Assembly: GCF_001194135.2 (NCBI RefSeq)
Contig: NC_068989.1
Location: 3,208,379 to 3,272,378, forward strand
Source of the DNA: Octopus bimaculoides
Lineage: Eukaryota
Length of the DNA stretch: 64,000 nt
Direction: 5' to 3'
The notes beneath the pieces were generated by a model that was not told the DNA's origin, did not search any database, and was given only the letters and a program-made list of their open reading frames with translations. The position numbers were made by a program, and so were the translations under genes. Positions 63,790 through 64,000 of the stretch are shown piece by piece; position 1 is the first letter of the stretch, and the number at the start of each line of letters is the position of its first letter.

Positions 63790-64000
63790 ACGTACCATGG
63801 TTTCACCTGTTAAAATTTACGTAAGTAAATATCTGCAGGATCGTCAGCGTAGTCTGTCGATTTGCGATGTAATTTCCAGAACTAGACACAGGACGTCCAA
63901 CCGAAACGGAGCACGTGTAGAGTTCTACAAATTACATTCAGTGTATCCTTTTAAATGCCTTCAATCTGGCGCGCTAAGTCCGGAAATAATTCTGCAGTTA
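63790..64000. promoter_or_regulatory. CpG-retaining non-repeat region, possible gene 5' end
   Basis: Many CpGs relative to background, GGCGCGC and CCGGAA near the window end, ACCATGGT flanked by splice-donor-like sites on both strands. Confidence 0.3.

Noticed and set aside
1-64000. CRISPR arrays, operons, rRNA genes
   Set aside because: Eukaryotic repeat-rich DNA; no regularly spaced direct repeats with unique spacers and no rRNA-like sequence were seen.

Overview
Eukaryotic, AT-rich, essentially non-coding window with about 15 N-gaps and dense (TA)n/(CA)n/(CT)n/(CAT)n microsatellites. The SINE repertoire suggests a cephalopod, probably Octopus (inference, not searched). No complete protein-coding gene can be supported; almost all long ORFs in the track are microsatellite or gap artefacts. 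The window is a mosaic of: at least three tRNA-derived SINE families; a (GAT)n-tailed RTE 3'-end family; decayed RTE, BovB-like, CR1-like, R4/Dong-like and Penelope-like retroelement fragments; a Buster/Charlie-type hAT transposase relic with hAT MITEs; piggyBac-type MITEs; and a Helentron-associated (HINE-like) element. The most notable signal is a small element made of a tRNA-like Pol III head (A and B boxes), a short (TAA)n linker and a Penelope-type minimal hammerhead ribozyme. It forms a head-to-head palindrome with 212-bp arms at 57065-57504, recurs with almost the same asymmetric centre at 38236-38580, and survives as a headless fragment at 1695-1853. Several other degenerate hammerhead-like or strongly structured motifs and a few low-confidence exon candidates are reported.
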